This document shows positions 18,795 to 27,469 of a stretch of DNA of 64,000 bases, in pieces; the stretch's first letter is position 1; every line of letters starts with the position of its first letter. The DNA is taken from positions 1 through 64,000 of the IMG/VR virus record IMGVR_UViG_3300032401_000001. One strand, written 5' to 3'. This DNA comes from a virus. The notes under the pieces were generated by a model. That model searched no databases. It saw only the letters and a program-made list of their open reading frames with translations, and was not told the DNA's origin. Both the position numbers and the translations under genes were made by a program.

Positions 18795-19801
18795 GAGACG
18801 CCGGCGGGGATGTCGGTGAGTGGGTCGAAGGAAGGCTTGAGGCTGCGTACGGCGGCCAGGTTGGCTTCGGTGGCCGCTTGCGCCGCCGCATAGGCCGCCT
18901 TGGCATCTTCGTAAGTCGTACGTGCCGAAGCGACGTTGGTGTCGGCAGTGGCTCTGGTAGTCTTGGCCGTATTGAGCTCAGCTTCACGTGCGTTGCAGAA
19001 GGGTGCGCAGTCCGGCGCGTTCGACAAAGCGGTGTTGGCTACGGCCTCCGCGTTGTCGTAGATCTCTTCGAGCGTCGTCGGACTGCCACCCTTGAGTGGT
19101 GTCCCGATACGATAGGCGTGAGCCGCGGTGTAGAACGTATTCATCGCGGTGACGAAAGCATCGACTTCTGCCTGTGCTACAAGACAGTCGTCGTAGATTC
19201 CCTGAGCTTGCGTGACGGCGGTCTGTGCCAACGCCGCTGCCGCTACGGCCGCGTCGTAGGCGGCTTTGGCCGTGTCGACGGTCAGCTTCGCGGTAACTTC
19301 CGTCTGCACCGCAGTGACGTACGACTGCACCAACGCTGTGTAGGCGTCCTGGGTGTAGCGTGGGTGATCGATTACGTCGATCGGTTTGACCGAACCATCG
19401 GCGAGGAACTGGTTGAGGTACGTCTGCCAGTCAGTCACCAGTTCGTCGAGACGCGTCTTGAGCACGTCTTGCGCGGCGACGGCAGTGGCCAGGTCGGTGT
19501 AGATGAACGTGGCCAGATTGATGCGGTAGTACGCGGTGTCGGGTTCAGGGATGAGCAGCAGTGCAGTGGGACGATCAACAGACAACCCGTCACCGATGGG
19601 CGGAACCGGACCCAGATCGGCTACCGTAGCGACTCGTGCGAACGTGTCGGTCTTGGGATCTTCGCGGTCCACCACCATCATCACGAACAGACTTTTGTCA
19701 GGCAGGTCGCCGGCGTCCGTGACTTCCGCCCGGATCTCGTACTGCAGCGTACCGCTGCTGGTGCGTGCCTGGCGGGTCTGCTGGGAGACGGTGAAGGACA
19801 T
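18791..19801 (-). CDS. Putative virion structural protein (Ala/Thr-rich, C-terminal coiled coil)
   Basis: 336 aa, structural strand, SD GGGAG. Confidence 0.6.
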   Translation of the reverse strand: MSFTVSQQTRQARTSSGTLQYEIRAEVTDAGDLPDKSLFVMMVVDREDPKTDTFARVATVADLGPVPPIGDGLSVDRPTALLLIPEPDTAYYRINLATFIYTDLATAVAAQDVLKTRLDELVTDWQTYLNQFLADGSVKPIDVIDHPRYTQDAYTALVQSYVTAVQTEVTAKLTVDTAKAAYDAAVAAAALAQTAVTQAQGIYDDCLVAQAEVDAFVTAMNTFYTAAHAYRIGTPLKGGSPTTLEEIYDNAEAVANTALSNAPDCAPFCNAREAELNTAKTTRATADTNVASARTTYEDAKAAYAAAQAATEANLAAVRSLKPSFDPLTDIPAGVS

Positions 19802-19811
19802 GCTGTGCTCC

Positions 19812-19826
19812 CTTTACGACGTAAAG
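19812..19826. promoter_or_regulatory. Palindromic motif CTTTAC-GAC-GTAAAG (copy 3)
   Basis: Overlaps the TAA of 19814..20191 and sits just before the SD of 18791..19801. Confidence 0.6.
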
Positions 19827-20191
19827 ACGTAGGTAGTCGTCGACGGGAACGCATCGGCAACTTCAGCTGTTGCGGGCGCCAAGTATGCCAGTTGCTGACG
19901 GACCACGGCAGCGAAGTGCAGAGCTTCGTCGAGAGCGGTGAAGTCACGCGTCGCATCTGATCGACGGTAGAAGTCGAGTCCAGCATCGATGGCTGCGTTG
20001 CGGTCCTCGGGGAAGTTGGCGAGGTCGAGTGGCGAAGCGATGTGACTGTACTCGTCGGGGTCCACATCGTTGACGAAGAGTGCCAGCGTGAGATTCTCAG
20101 TGGCACTGATCTGATTGGCGACCCGGTATTTCGGTGTGCCCTGGTCGTCGATGATCGACTGTACCTGCGACAGCGTGATGCTGACGTTCAT
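19814..20191 (-). CDS. Putative virion structural protein
   Basis: 125 aa; its N-terminal pattern resembles the flanking paralog-like genes (xTLxQ...YRV...ITxxxxL...LFV). Confidence 0.6.
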   Translation of the reverse strand: MNVSITLSQVQSIIDDQGTPKYRVANQISATENLTLALFVNDVDPDEYSHIASPLDLANFPEDRNAAIDAGLDFYRRSDATRDFTALDEALHFAAVVRQQLAYLAPATAEVADAFPSTTTYVFTS

Positions 20192-20892
20192 GGGTACGTG
20201 TACTCCGAGAAGCCCCCGAAGGGTGGTGGGGTGGTCGCCGCTGCCGTAGCTACTGAGTGGACCCCGGTATCGACAGCCTGAGCGTGTGCTTCAGCTTGCG
20301 CCGCGATGTCGAACAAAGACGTTAGATGCCGTCGGAGGAACTTGCCGGTGACGTCGTTGCGGGCGCGCGTGTAGCCCGTCGTACCACTGCCCTTGGTGAC
20401 GGTCTCGAGACTGTTCTTCAGCGTCCAGGCCAGACCGGCGCGAGCGTCGGGGAAGGCCTTCCATAGCGGCGTGGCGAAGTCGATGACGACGTAGGGCACG
20501 CTGCCGATGCCCGTCATGTTGAGGCTGAAACGGAAACCCGAGGGTGGTCCCGCCGTGCGCGCCAGGAAGAGGCTCTCCCACTCCGGTAAGGCACTGGTGA
20601 CGATGAGAATGTCCCCCGTCACCGGAGCTGGACTGAGACCCGAGAAGTCAACTGCGGGATCGGCGAAACGCGTCAGCGGGTTTTCGCCGTAGGGCGCCAC
20701 TTCACCGCCGTAGCGTGCCAGGTCGTCGAGCGTGGCGATGTTGTTGTAGAGCTCTTCCCAGGGGTCAAGCCCTTGTTCCATGACGAAGAGCGGGTACAGA
20801 GGATCCGGAGTGGCTGATGTGATCCGCGACACGACGCGGAACTTGTCGGTCAGGACTGTCTTCTCTTGCTTCAGCGTAACCGCGACCGACAT
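20188..20892 (-). CDS. Putative virion structural protein
   Basis: ATG 20892 follows SD AGGAG. The upstream extension in the ORF track overlaps RuvC and is rejected. Confidence 0.6.
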   Translation of the reverse strand: MSVAVTLKQEKTVLTDKFRVVSRITSATPDPLYPLFVMEQGLDPWEELYNNIATLDDLARYGGEVAPYGENPLTRFADPAVDFSGLSPAPVTGDILIVTSALPEWESLFLARTAGPPSGFRFSLNMTGIGSVPYVVIDFATPLWKAFPDARAGLAWTLKNSLETVTKGSGTTGYTRARNDVTGKFLRRHLTSLFDIAAQAEAHAQAVDTGVHSVATAAATTPPPFGGFSEYTYP

Positions 20893-20964
20893 CTTCAGCT
20901 CCTGTTGGATCGCGTAAAGAGAATGGCGTTGACGTCGACGTCTCTGTGACTCGATACTACCCTG

Positions 20965-21558
20965 GTGTCTTGCGCAAGGGAAGCCTGGACCTACGTGGGG
21001 GTGGATCAGTCCTTGCGCAAGATCGGGGTCTGCGTGTTGCGCGGCAACCAACCGGTTCTGTTGAAGCGTCTCGCGCCACCAGCTGACCTACGTGGGCCGG
21101 AACGCCTCGCGGCGCTGCGTGACTTGCTGCAACACACGCTGGCGCCCTGGGGTGGTGAAGTTGAAACCGCCGCCATGGAAGCGCAGTCGCTGGGTTCGAT
21201 CGGCGACATCGATCAGCTGGGGCAGGTCAACGGCGTTGTTCAGGTGGTCCTCAAGGACCTCTTCCCGACGGCCACCGTTCACTGTGTACCACCGGCGGTG
21301 CTCAAGAAGTTCGTGAGCGGCCGCTCCGGTGCTGACAAAGGTGAGATGATGCGCGCCAGCGCGGAGCGCTGGGGCTTTGACTTCACCCAGTACGGTGATG
21401 ACGTGTGCGACGCACATGGGCTCGCCCGGCTGGCCCAGGAATGCACCGAACACGCCTCGACCAAGCGCCACGAAGTCGAGGCCGCCGCGACCGTTCTGCG
21501 CCGTCAAGAAGGTCGACCGCGACGGACCCGACTCCGCCTGTTCCCCCGCACCATCTGA
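20965..21558 (+). CDS. ruvC: RuvC-like Holliday junction resolvase
   Basis: YVGVDQSLRKIG, AMEAQS, LKKFVSGRSGADK, DDVCDAHGLA. Confidence 0.82.
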   Translation: MSCAREAWTYVGVDQSLRKIGVCVLRGNQPVLLKRLAPPADLRGPERLAALRDLLQHTLAPWGGEVETAAMEAQSLGSIGDIDQLGQVNGVVQVVLKDLFPTATVHCVPPAVLKKFVSGRSGADKGEMMRASAERWGFDFTQYGDDVCDAHGLARLAQECTEHASTKRHEVEAAATVLRRQEGRPRRTRLRLFPRTI

Positions 21559-21581
21559 CCGCCTGGAAGGAGAAGGACTTC

Positions 21582-24311
21582 ATGGAGAACACCGTTCCCT
21601 ACGGCTTGTCCGTCGTCGAGAAGCGTCTGCCACTACCGAGCGAACAAGAGCCAGAGGGGGTCAGTATCCAGCGCGGGTTGACTTACAGCGCGTCCTTCTG
21701 CCCCGAGCAACAAGATCCGTTCGACATGGTGGAGTGGCGCACGGTGGACGTGGTCCTGACCGGGAAAGATGGCGCAGTGGTCTTCGAGCAGCTCGGCGTC
21801 GAAGCACCGATGGGCTGGTCAGACCGCGCAGTACTCATCGCAGCGCAGAAGTACTTTCGTGGCCGGCTGGGAACACCAGAACGTGAAGTCAGCGTACGTC
21901 AGCTGATCCGCCGCGTGGTCGATACCATCCGGGACTGGGCGGTCCAGCAGGCGTACTTCACCACCAGCGAAGATGTACAACGGTTCCGCAACGACCTGAC
22001 CTACCTGCTGCTGACACAGCGCGGGGCTTTCAATTCGCCGGTGTGGTTCAATCTCGGTGTCGAAGATCGTGAACCTCAGATCGCGGCCTGTTTCATCCAG
22101 GGCGTGACAGACGATCTGAGCTCCATCGCCCAGCTGCAAGCCAACGAGACGGGCATCTTCAAGCTGGGTTCGGGAGCTGGCGTCAATCTCTCGAGCCTGC
22201 GCTCTTCAAAGGAACCTCTCAGTGGTGGTGGTCGCGCCTCGGGACCCGTCTCCTTCATGCGGGGACTCGACGCCTGGGGTGGCGTCATCAAGAGCGGCGG
22301 GACTACCCGGCGCGCCGCGGCCATGCGCATCCTCGACGCGGATCACCCCGACATCCTCGAATTCATCGACAGCAAGCTGCTCGAGGAGCGGAAAGCCCAG
22401 GTGTTGATGGCGGCGGGATACCCCGTCGATCTCAACGATCCCAACGGGGCCTACGCTTCGGTCGCTTTCCAGAATGCGAATCACACGGTGCGCGTCGACG
22501 ACGAGTTCATGTCGCTCGTCGAAGAGGCGCTGAATGATCCTGACGGGGAGTACCTGTGGGATCTCATCTCGCGTACCACTGGTGAAGTGGTTGAACGGGT
22601 ACCGGTGCTGAAGATCTTCAGGCGCCTGAGCGAAGCCGCGCATGCCTGCGGTGACCCCGGCATACAGTTCGACACCACGATCAACGCGTGGCACACCTGT
22701 CCCAGCGACGCCCGCATCGGCGCTTCGAATCCGTGCGGCGAGTTCATGTTCATCGATGACTCCGCGTGCAACCTCGCTTCGCTGAACCTGATGAAGTTCC
22801 GCAAAGAAGATGACACCTTCGATCACGTCGCCTTCGGTCACGCGGTTCAAGCCTTCATCATCGCGCAGGACATCATGGTGGAGCCGGCGTTCTACCCGAC
22901 GGCCAAGATCACCGAGAACAGTCACCGTTATCGGCCGCTCGGGTTGGGCTATGCCAACCTCGGCGCTTACCTCATGTCGATCGGGGTACCTTACGATAGC
23001 GACACTGGACGGCGCGTCGCCGCAGAGGTCACCTCGTTGATGACGGCGACGGCGTACGTCACCTCCGCGCAGCTGGCGGCGGTCCACGGATCCTACGAAG
23101 CGTTCGCACGCAATCGAGCGTCACACCTCGAAGTCATCGATCGTCACCTACGGGCCGCACAGGAACACGGCTTCGAATCCACCATGCACTGGTCGCAAGC
23201 CGCGAGCTGGGGCGACGAGTACGGCTTCCGCAACGCCCAGGTGACGCTGTTGGCGCCCACCGGTACCATCGGTTTCCTCATGGATTGCCAAACCACCGGC
23301 GTCGAACCGGAGGCCTGCCTCTACAAGGAGAAGAAGCTCGTCGGTGGTGGCATCATCGTCCTGGAGAACGATGACGTCGGCCAGGCCCTCACGGCCCTGC
23401 ACTACTCCGCGGCGGTTCAAGCCAAGGTTTTGACCTGGCTGAACGAGCACAAGAACCTGGATCACTGCTCGCACCTAGCCTCCAAGCACCTGCCGGTGTT
23501 CGACTGTGCCATGGCTGCGACCCCAAGTGGCCGGACACTGAACCTCGACGCCCACCTGCGCATGACCGCCGCGGTACAGCCTTTCCTCTCCGGATCGATC
23601 TCGAAGACCATGAACATCCCCGCCGCGACCACGGTGGAACAAGTCGGTCAGGCGTTCCTCGAGGCCTGGAAGCTGGGACTCAAGGCCGTAACCGTCTACC
23701 GAGACGGGTCCAAGCTGGAGCAGCCGTTGACCACGGGCGCCGCCAATTCCGCGACGGTGCTGCAGTCGACGACCCGGATGCGCAAGCTCAAGGAGCATCA
23801 GAAGAACGCCCACCGCATCCGCTTCGAGTTCGGTGGCATCAAGGGCTACGTGATGGTGACGCCGTTCGAAGACACCGGCATGCCGGGTGAGATCTTCATC
23901 GAACTGGCCAAAGAAGGTTCAACCGTCAGCGGTCTGGTTAAGGGCTGGGCCATCGCCTTCTCCCAATGTCTCCAGGCCGATGTGCCGCTCGAGAAGCTGA
24001 TCGATAGCTTCGCCTACACCAAGTTCGCGCCGTCGGGCTTCTGCAGTGACCCGGAGATCGGCTACGCGCACAGCATCTACGATGCAGTGGTGCGCAAGCT
24101 CGCGGCGATCTTCCTGAAACATCCGGTGACCAACGGTCACGGCACGCCGAAGGAAGAATTATCCGATGCGCCGAACCATGAACTGCGTCCCGCCACGAAG
24201 GGCGGCATCGGCGCCAATCCGCCCTGCCCGGTCTGTGGTGCCATCACGGTGCACAGCGGCGCCAACTGCCACAAGTGCCCCACCTGCGGCTACGCCGCGG
24301 GCTGCGGCTGA
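21582..24311 (+). CDS. nrdJ: Class II (B12-dependent) ribonucleotide reductase with TSCPD and C-terminal zinc ribbon
   Basis: FNSPVWFN, QIAACF, KSGGTTRRAA, NPCGEF, LGLGYANLG, TLLAPTGTI, YRDGSK, CPVC...CPTC. ATG 21582 follows AAGGA. Confidence 0.93.
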   Translation: MENTVPYGLSVVEKRLPLPSEQEPEGVSIQRGLTYSASFCPEQQDPFDMVEWRTVDVVLTGKDGAVVFEQLGVEAPMGWSDRAVLIAAQKYFRGRLGTPEREVSVRQLIRRVVDTIRDWAVQQAYFTTSEDVQRFRNDLTYLLLTQRGAFNSPVWFNLGVEDREPQIAACFIQGVTDDLSSIAQLQANETGIFKLGSGAGVNLSSLRSSKEPLSGGGRASGPVSFMRGLDAWGGVIKSGGTTRRAAAMRILDADHPDILEFIDSKLLEERKAQVLMAAGYPVDLNDPNGAYASVAFQNANHTVRVDDEFMSLVEEALNDPDGEYLWDLISRTTGEVVERVPVLKIFRRLSEAAHACGDPGIQFDTTINAWHTCPSDARIGASNPCGEFMFIDDSACNLASLNLMKFRKEDDTFDHVAFGHAVQAFIIAQDIMVEPAFYPTAKITENSHRYRPLGLGYANLGAYLMSIGVPYDSDTGRRVAAEVTSLMTATAYVTSAQLAAVHGSYEAFARNRASHLEVIDRHLRAAQEHGFESTMHWSQAASWGDEYGFRNAQVTLLAPTGTIGFLMDCQTTGVEPEACLYKEKKLVGGGIIVLENDDVGQALTALHYSAAVQAKVLTWLNEHKNLDHCSHLASKHLPVFDCAMAATPSGRTLNLDAHLRMTAAVQPFLSGSISKTMNIPAATTVEQVGQAFLEAWKLGLKAVTVYRDGSKLEQPLTTGAANSATVLQSTTRMRKLKEHQKNAHRIRFEFGGIKGYVMVTPFEDTGMPGEIFIELAKEGSTVSGLVKGWAIAFSQCLQADVPLEKLIDSFAYTKFAPSGFCSDPEIGYAHSIYDAVVRKLAAIFLKHPVTNGHGTPKEELSDAPNHELRPATKGGIGANPPCPVCGAITVHSGANCHKCPTCGYAAGCG

Positions 24312-24318
24312 GGAAACC

Positions 24319-24546
24319 ATGGCCAAGGACTACAACTACGCCGATTGCAGCAACTGTCGCAAATCCATCCCGATGGGCCAAGCATCACAGACGCTCATCA
24401 CGCGTCGCGGTGAAGATATCGTCGCGGCCATCTGCGTCGAGTGCCAGCAATCCGCCAAGAAGATTCAGATCACCTTTCGCCGCATCGGGGAATACGCCAA
24501 CGGTCCTCATTGGGAGTACTACCAGATGTTCCCGGTTGAGACCTAG
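24319..24546 (+). CDS. Small zinc-finger protein
   Basis: CSNC...CVEC; SD GAGG before ATG 24319. Confidence 0.65.
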   Translation: MAKDYNYADCSNCRKSIPMGQASQTLITRRGEDIVAAICVECQQSAKKIQITFRRIGEYANGPHWEYYQMFPVET

Positions 24547-24578
24547 GTGACGATGAGATAAGCTCGTCAACTAGGATA

Positions 24579-24615
24579 GGGGCGTTGGCGAGACTGATCG
24601 TCGCGCCCCTTTTTT
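24579..24615 (+). terminator. Rho-independent terminator ending the ruvC-nrdJ operon
   Basis: GGGGCG...CGCCCC stem with an inner GGCGA/TCGTC helix, then T6. A second hairpin lies at about 24542-24575. Confidence 0.7.
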
Positions 24616-24630
24616 CTTTACCTCGTAAAG
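24616..24630. promoter_or_regulatory. Palindromic motif CTTTAC-CTC-GTAAAG (copy 4)
   Basis: Fills the gap between the terminator U-tract and the GGAGG SD of the lysis cluster. Confidence 0.65.
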
Positions 24631-24641
24631 GGAGGTTGACC

Positions 24642-25088
24642 ATGCGTCCGATTCGCAAGCTCGCCCTGCTGCTCATCGTTCCGATCTTCTGCCTCACCAT
24701 CTCCTCCTGCTGCGTCTTCCGTGGCGACTGCAAGAGCAAGCCGGGCCAGATCGCCACCCTGGTGGTGGACTGCGCCATCGAGGCTGTCAAGACCCAAGCC
24801 GTCGAGCTGCTGCCGGCCGTCATCGCCATCATCACCAGCGGCGGCACCAACTGGATGGTGCTGCTCGACACGCTCAAGGGAATGGGCATCGATGCCCTGG
24901 CGTGCGCTCTGCAGCAGACCGGCCAAGAAGTCCAGAATCTGAGCGCCAAGCCCGGCGCCGTCGACACCCACTACCTCATCAAGATGAAGACTACGCCGAC
25001 TGATGCCCAAGCCCGCATCAACAAGTACCTCAGCGAGGTCAAGAGCGTCGACGGCAAGAAGCTCTACCGCATCGAGTTCAAGAAGTAG
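24642..25088 (+). CDS. Putative lipoprotein/secreted protein of the lysis cluster
   Basis: Basic N-terminus, hydrophobic stretch and lipobox-like ISSC; SD GGAGG. Confidence 0.6.
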   Translation: MRPIRKLALLLIVPIFCLTISSCCVFRGDCKSKPGQIATLVVDCAIEAVKTQAVELLPAVIAIITSGGTNWMVLLDTLKGMGIDALACALQQTGQEVQNLSAKPGAVDTHYLIKMKTTPTDAQARINKYLSEVKSVDGKKLYRIEFKK

Positions 25089-25097
25089 AGGACGGCC

Positions 25098-25856
25098 ATG
25101 ACGCACAACCTCACGGGCTGGAAGAAGGACCGGAGAGACCTCCGCGACCAGGAGTTCAAGCCGGGCTTCATGGCTCGGTTCGGCATGCCACGAGAGGCTG
25201 ACCTCTCGAAGAGCAAGCTGCCCCGCATCGAGGACCAGGGCAACCTGGGCTCATGCACCTGTAACGCCGGCACCTCGGCGGTGGAGTACGTGGCCATCAA
25301 GCTGGGCAAGCCCGTCACCGAACTCAGCCGCCTCTTCCTCTACTACGCCGTCCGCCACTGGACCGAGAAGGTGAGTGGAGATGTCGGCGCCCAGAACCGC
25401 GACGTGGTGAAGACCCTGGCCAAGTTCGGGGTCTGCCACGAGGCGACCTGGCCGTACAAGGTCGAGGACTTCGAGAAGCCGCCACAGCCCAAGCAGATCA
25501 CAGAAGCCAAGCAACACGTCATCACGCAGTACTGGCGCTGCCCCAGCCTGTACTCGATCAAGGTCTGCCTGGCGCAGGGCTTCCCGCTGCTCGGGGGCTT
25601 CACCTGCCCCGAGAGCCTCGAGAGCGAGGAGACGAGCCGGACCGGCATCGTCAAGTACCCTGCGCCCGGTGAGGGCTACGTCGGTGGTCACGCCGTCCTC
25701 TTCGTCGGCTACAGCGACACCACCAAGCTCCTCAAGTTCGAGAACAGCTGGGGCCAGGCGTGGGGCGACAAGGGCTTCGGCTACCTCCCGTACAAGTACG
25801 TCGAGACCTGGCTGGCCGACGACTTCTGGACGGTTCGTATGGCGACAGGCGTGTGA
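25098..25856 (+). CDS. Papain-family (C1) cysteine peptidase
   Basis: DQGNLGSC (Gln/Cys), GGHAVLFVGY (His), ENSWGQAWGDKGFGY (Asn). Confidence 0.92.
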   Translation: MTHNLTGWKKDRRDLRDQEFKPGFMARFGMPREADLSKSKLPRIEDQGNLGSCTCNAGTSAVEYVAIKLGKPVTELSRLFLYYAVRHWTEKVSGDVGAQNRDVVKTLAKFGVCHEATWPYKVEDFEKPPQPKQITEAKQHVITQYWRCPSLYSIKVCLAQGFPLLGGFTCPESLESEETSRTGIVKYPAPGEGYVGGHAVLFVGYSDTTKLLKFENSWGQAWGDKGFGYLPYKYVETWLADDFWTVRMATGV

Positions 25857-25857
25857 C

Positions 25858-26868
25858 ATGAGCTGGCTCGATACGTCATACCTCACCGACTCCCACAAGC
25901 GGGCTGAGCTGCTGAACGACGCCGATCTTTCGCAGGAGCAGCTCAACACCGCCACCACCCAGAATCTCTACTGGTGGCAGAGCCTCGCAGATGACTGGGT
26001 CGGCGACCAAGTCTCGAAGTTCTCAGTCGAGTCGGCGCAGTTCGCCGAGGACATCCGGCAGTGGCAGCTCTCCAACACCGGGTTCGAGCCAGACGGCATC
26101 TGCGGTCCAAAGACCAACCAAGCCATCAAGGCTGACGTTTTCGAGGCGCCGCCCGGCAAGGACTACTTCCTCATCAATGGCATCAAGGTCGACAGCGAAG
26201 GGCTCCGAGTGGTGACCCCGGATGAGCCCGGCGCCCTCGTCTTCGACCAGGGCTTCTACGACGCCCCCCTGCTCGATCCCGACCTGTTCGTGGTGCACTG
26301 GGACGGCTGCATGGATTCGCACCAGTGCTTCGACGTCCTGCGCTCACGGAAGCTCTCGGTCCTCTTCATGGAGGACTGCGACGCCACCATCTGGCAGGGG
26401 GTCGACCCTGGCCACGCCACCTGCTGGCACGCCGGTCGCGTCAACCGGCGCGCTTGGGGGGTCGAGATCGCCAACCCAGTCCTACCCGAGCGCAACAAGC
26501 GCTGCCAGCCGCCGCGGCCGCTCACTAAGATGTTCGTGCGCGGTGACACGCACGAGGTCCTAGACTTCTATCCGGTTCAGCTCCAGGGTCTGGTTAAACT
26601 GCTGGACTGGGTCTGCGACTACACCAAGTTGCCGAGGCGGCTCCCCGCCTACAAGGGCAAGCTCGGGGACTTCGGCCCACCCGAGATCTGGAAGAGCGTG
26701 GCCAACAGCTACTTCCCCCCGACCGGCGACAAGTGGAACGTGGGCGGCTTCAAGGGCATCTGCGGTCACTACCACCAGGACAACAATAAGTGCGACCCGG
26801 GGATGTACCAGGTCTGGCAGTACGTCCTCGAGAACCTGCCTGGCTGCCAGGTTGTCGAGGTGGCATGA
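25858..26868 (+). CDS. N-acetylmuramoyl-L-alanine amidase endolysin with a peptidoglycan-binding module
   Basis: PG-binding-like WQ...DGICGPKT; amidase_2 motifs VVHWD, WHAG, GVEIAN, GH...KCDPG. Confidence 0.8.
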   Translation: MSWLDTSYLTDSHKRAELLNDADLSQEQLNTATTQNLYWWQSLADDWVGDQVSKFSVESAQFAEDIRQWQLSNTGFEPDGICGPKTNQAIKADVFEAPPGKDYFLINGIKVDSEGLRVVTPDEPGALVFDQGFYDAPLLDPDLFVVHWDGCMDSHQCFDVLRSRKLSVLFMEDCDATIWQGVDPGHATCWHAGRVNRRAWGVEIANPVLPERNKRCQPPRPLTKMFVRGDTHEVLDFYPVQLQGLVKLLDWVCDYTKLPRRLPAYKGKLGDFGPPEIWKSVANSYFPPTGDKWNVGGFKGICGHYHQDNNKCDPGMYQVWQYVLENLPGCQVVEVA

Positions 26869-27152
26869 AAGTCACCGCTGCACGGCGTCTCGGATTGACT
26901 CCCGCCTTCCTGCGCATCGCGCACTACTACCTCTGCCTGGGTTACGGCACCTACCGCCCGCTGAACCATCCCCACTACGATCGGGTCGTTGTACGTCCGC
27001 TCTACGAATTCATGGAGAACCCGGCGATCCCCGGCGAGTATGCCGGGGGTACAATCGTTGAGTTCTTCTTCGGCGTACGCCGAGTGAAGTTCGTGGAGTT
27101 CCGCTGTCAGGTAGTGGGCGGCGGGGGCGAGAGCGTGGCGCAGCCTGTCTAA
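26865..27152 (+). CDS. Hypothetical protein
   Basis: ATGA overlap with the amidase stop; 95 aa. Confidence 0.65.
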   Translation: MKVTAARRLGLTPAFLRIAHYYLCLGYGTYRPLNHPHYDRVVVRPLYEFMENPAIPGEYAGGTIVEFFFGVRRVKFVEFRCQVVGGGGESVAQPV

Positions 27153-27460
27153 GACTCAGGGTAGATCTGACCTCGTCGTGGGCAATAGACCCACAACGTC
27201 TCTCCCGTCGTAGGATCGATCAACGTCAAGCGACAGGTATACGGCATCACCGTGGTGAAGGTGATGACGCCGTTGGCGACGGTGTAGTCGACGTCTCGTG
27301 CCCAGATACGTCCACAGCCCGGACCACCGCTGCCCACCAGCACGAGAAAGTTGTTGGGCAGGCCACCAAGCAACGTGATAGCTTTGGCGCCGTCGGCTTC
27401 AGGTGTACAGACGGCGGCGTCGGTCTGTTGAACCCATCCACCAGGTAGTGTGACCTGCAT
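27149..27460 (-). CDS. Small tail-associated protein
   Basis: 103 aa, beta-rich (DYTVANGVITFT), downstream of the fibre gene. Confidence 0.55.
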   Translation of the reverse strand: MQVTLPGGWVQQTDAAVCTPEADGAKAITLLGGLPNNFLVLVGSGGPGCGRIWARDVDYTVANGVITFTTVMPYTCRLTLIDPTTGETLWVYCPRRGQIYPES

Positions 27461-27469
27461 GTCTCACCT

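Noticed and set aside
20893-21051. N-terminal extension of the 20188..21051 ORF
   Set aside because: It overlaps RuvC on the opposite strand; a strong SD supports ATG 20892.
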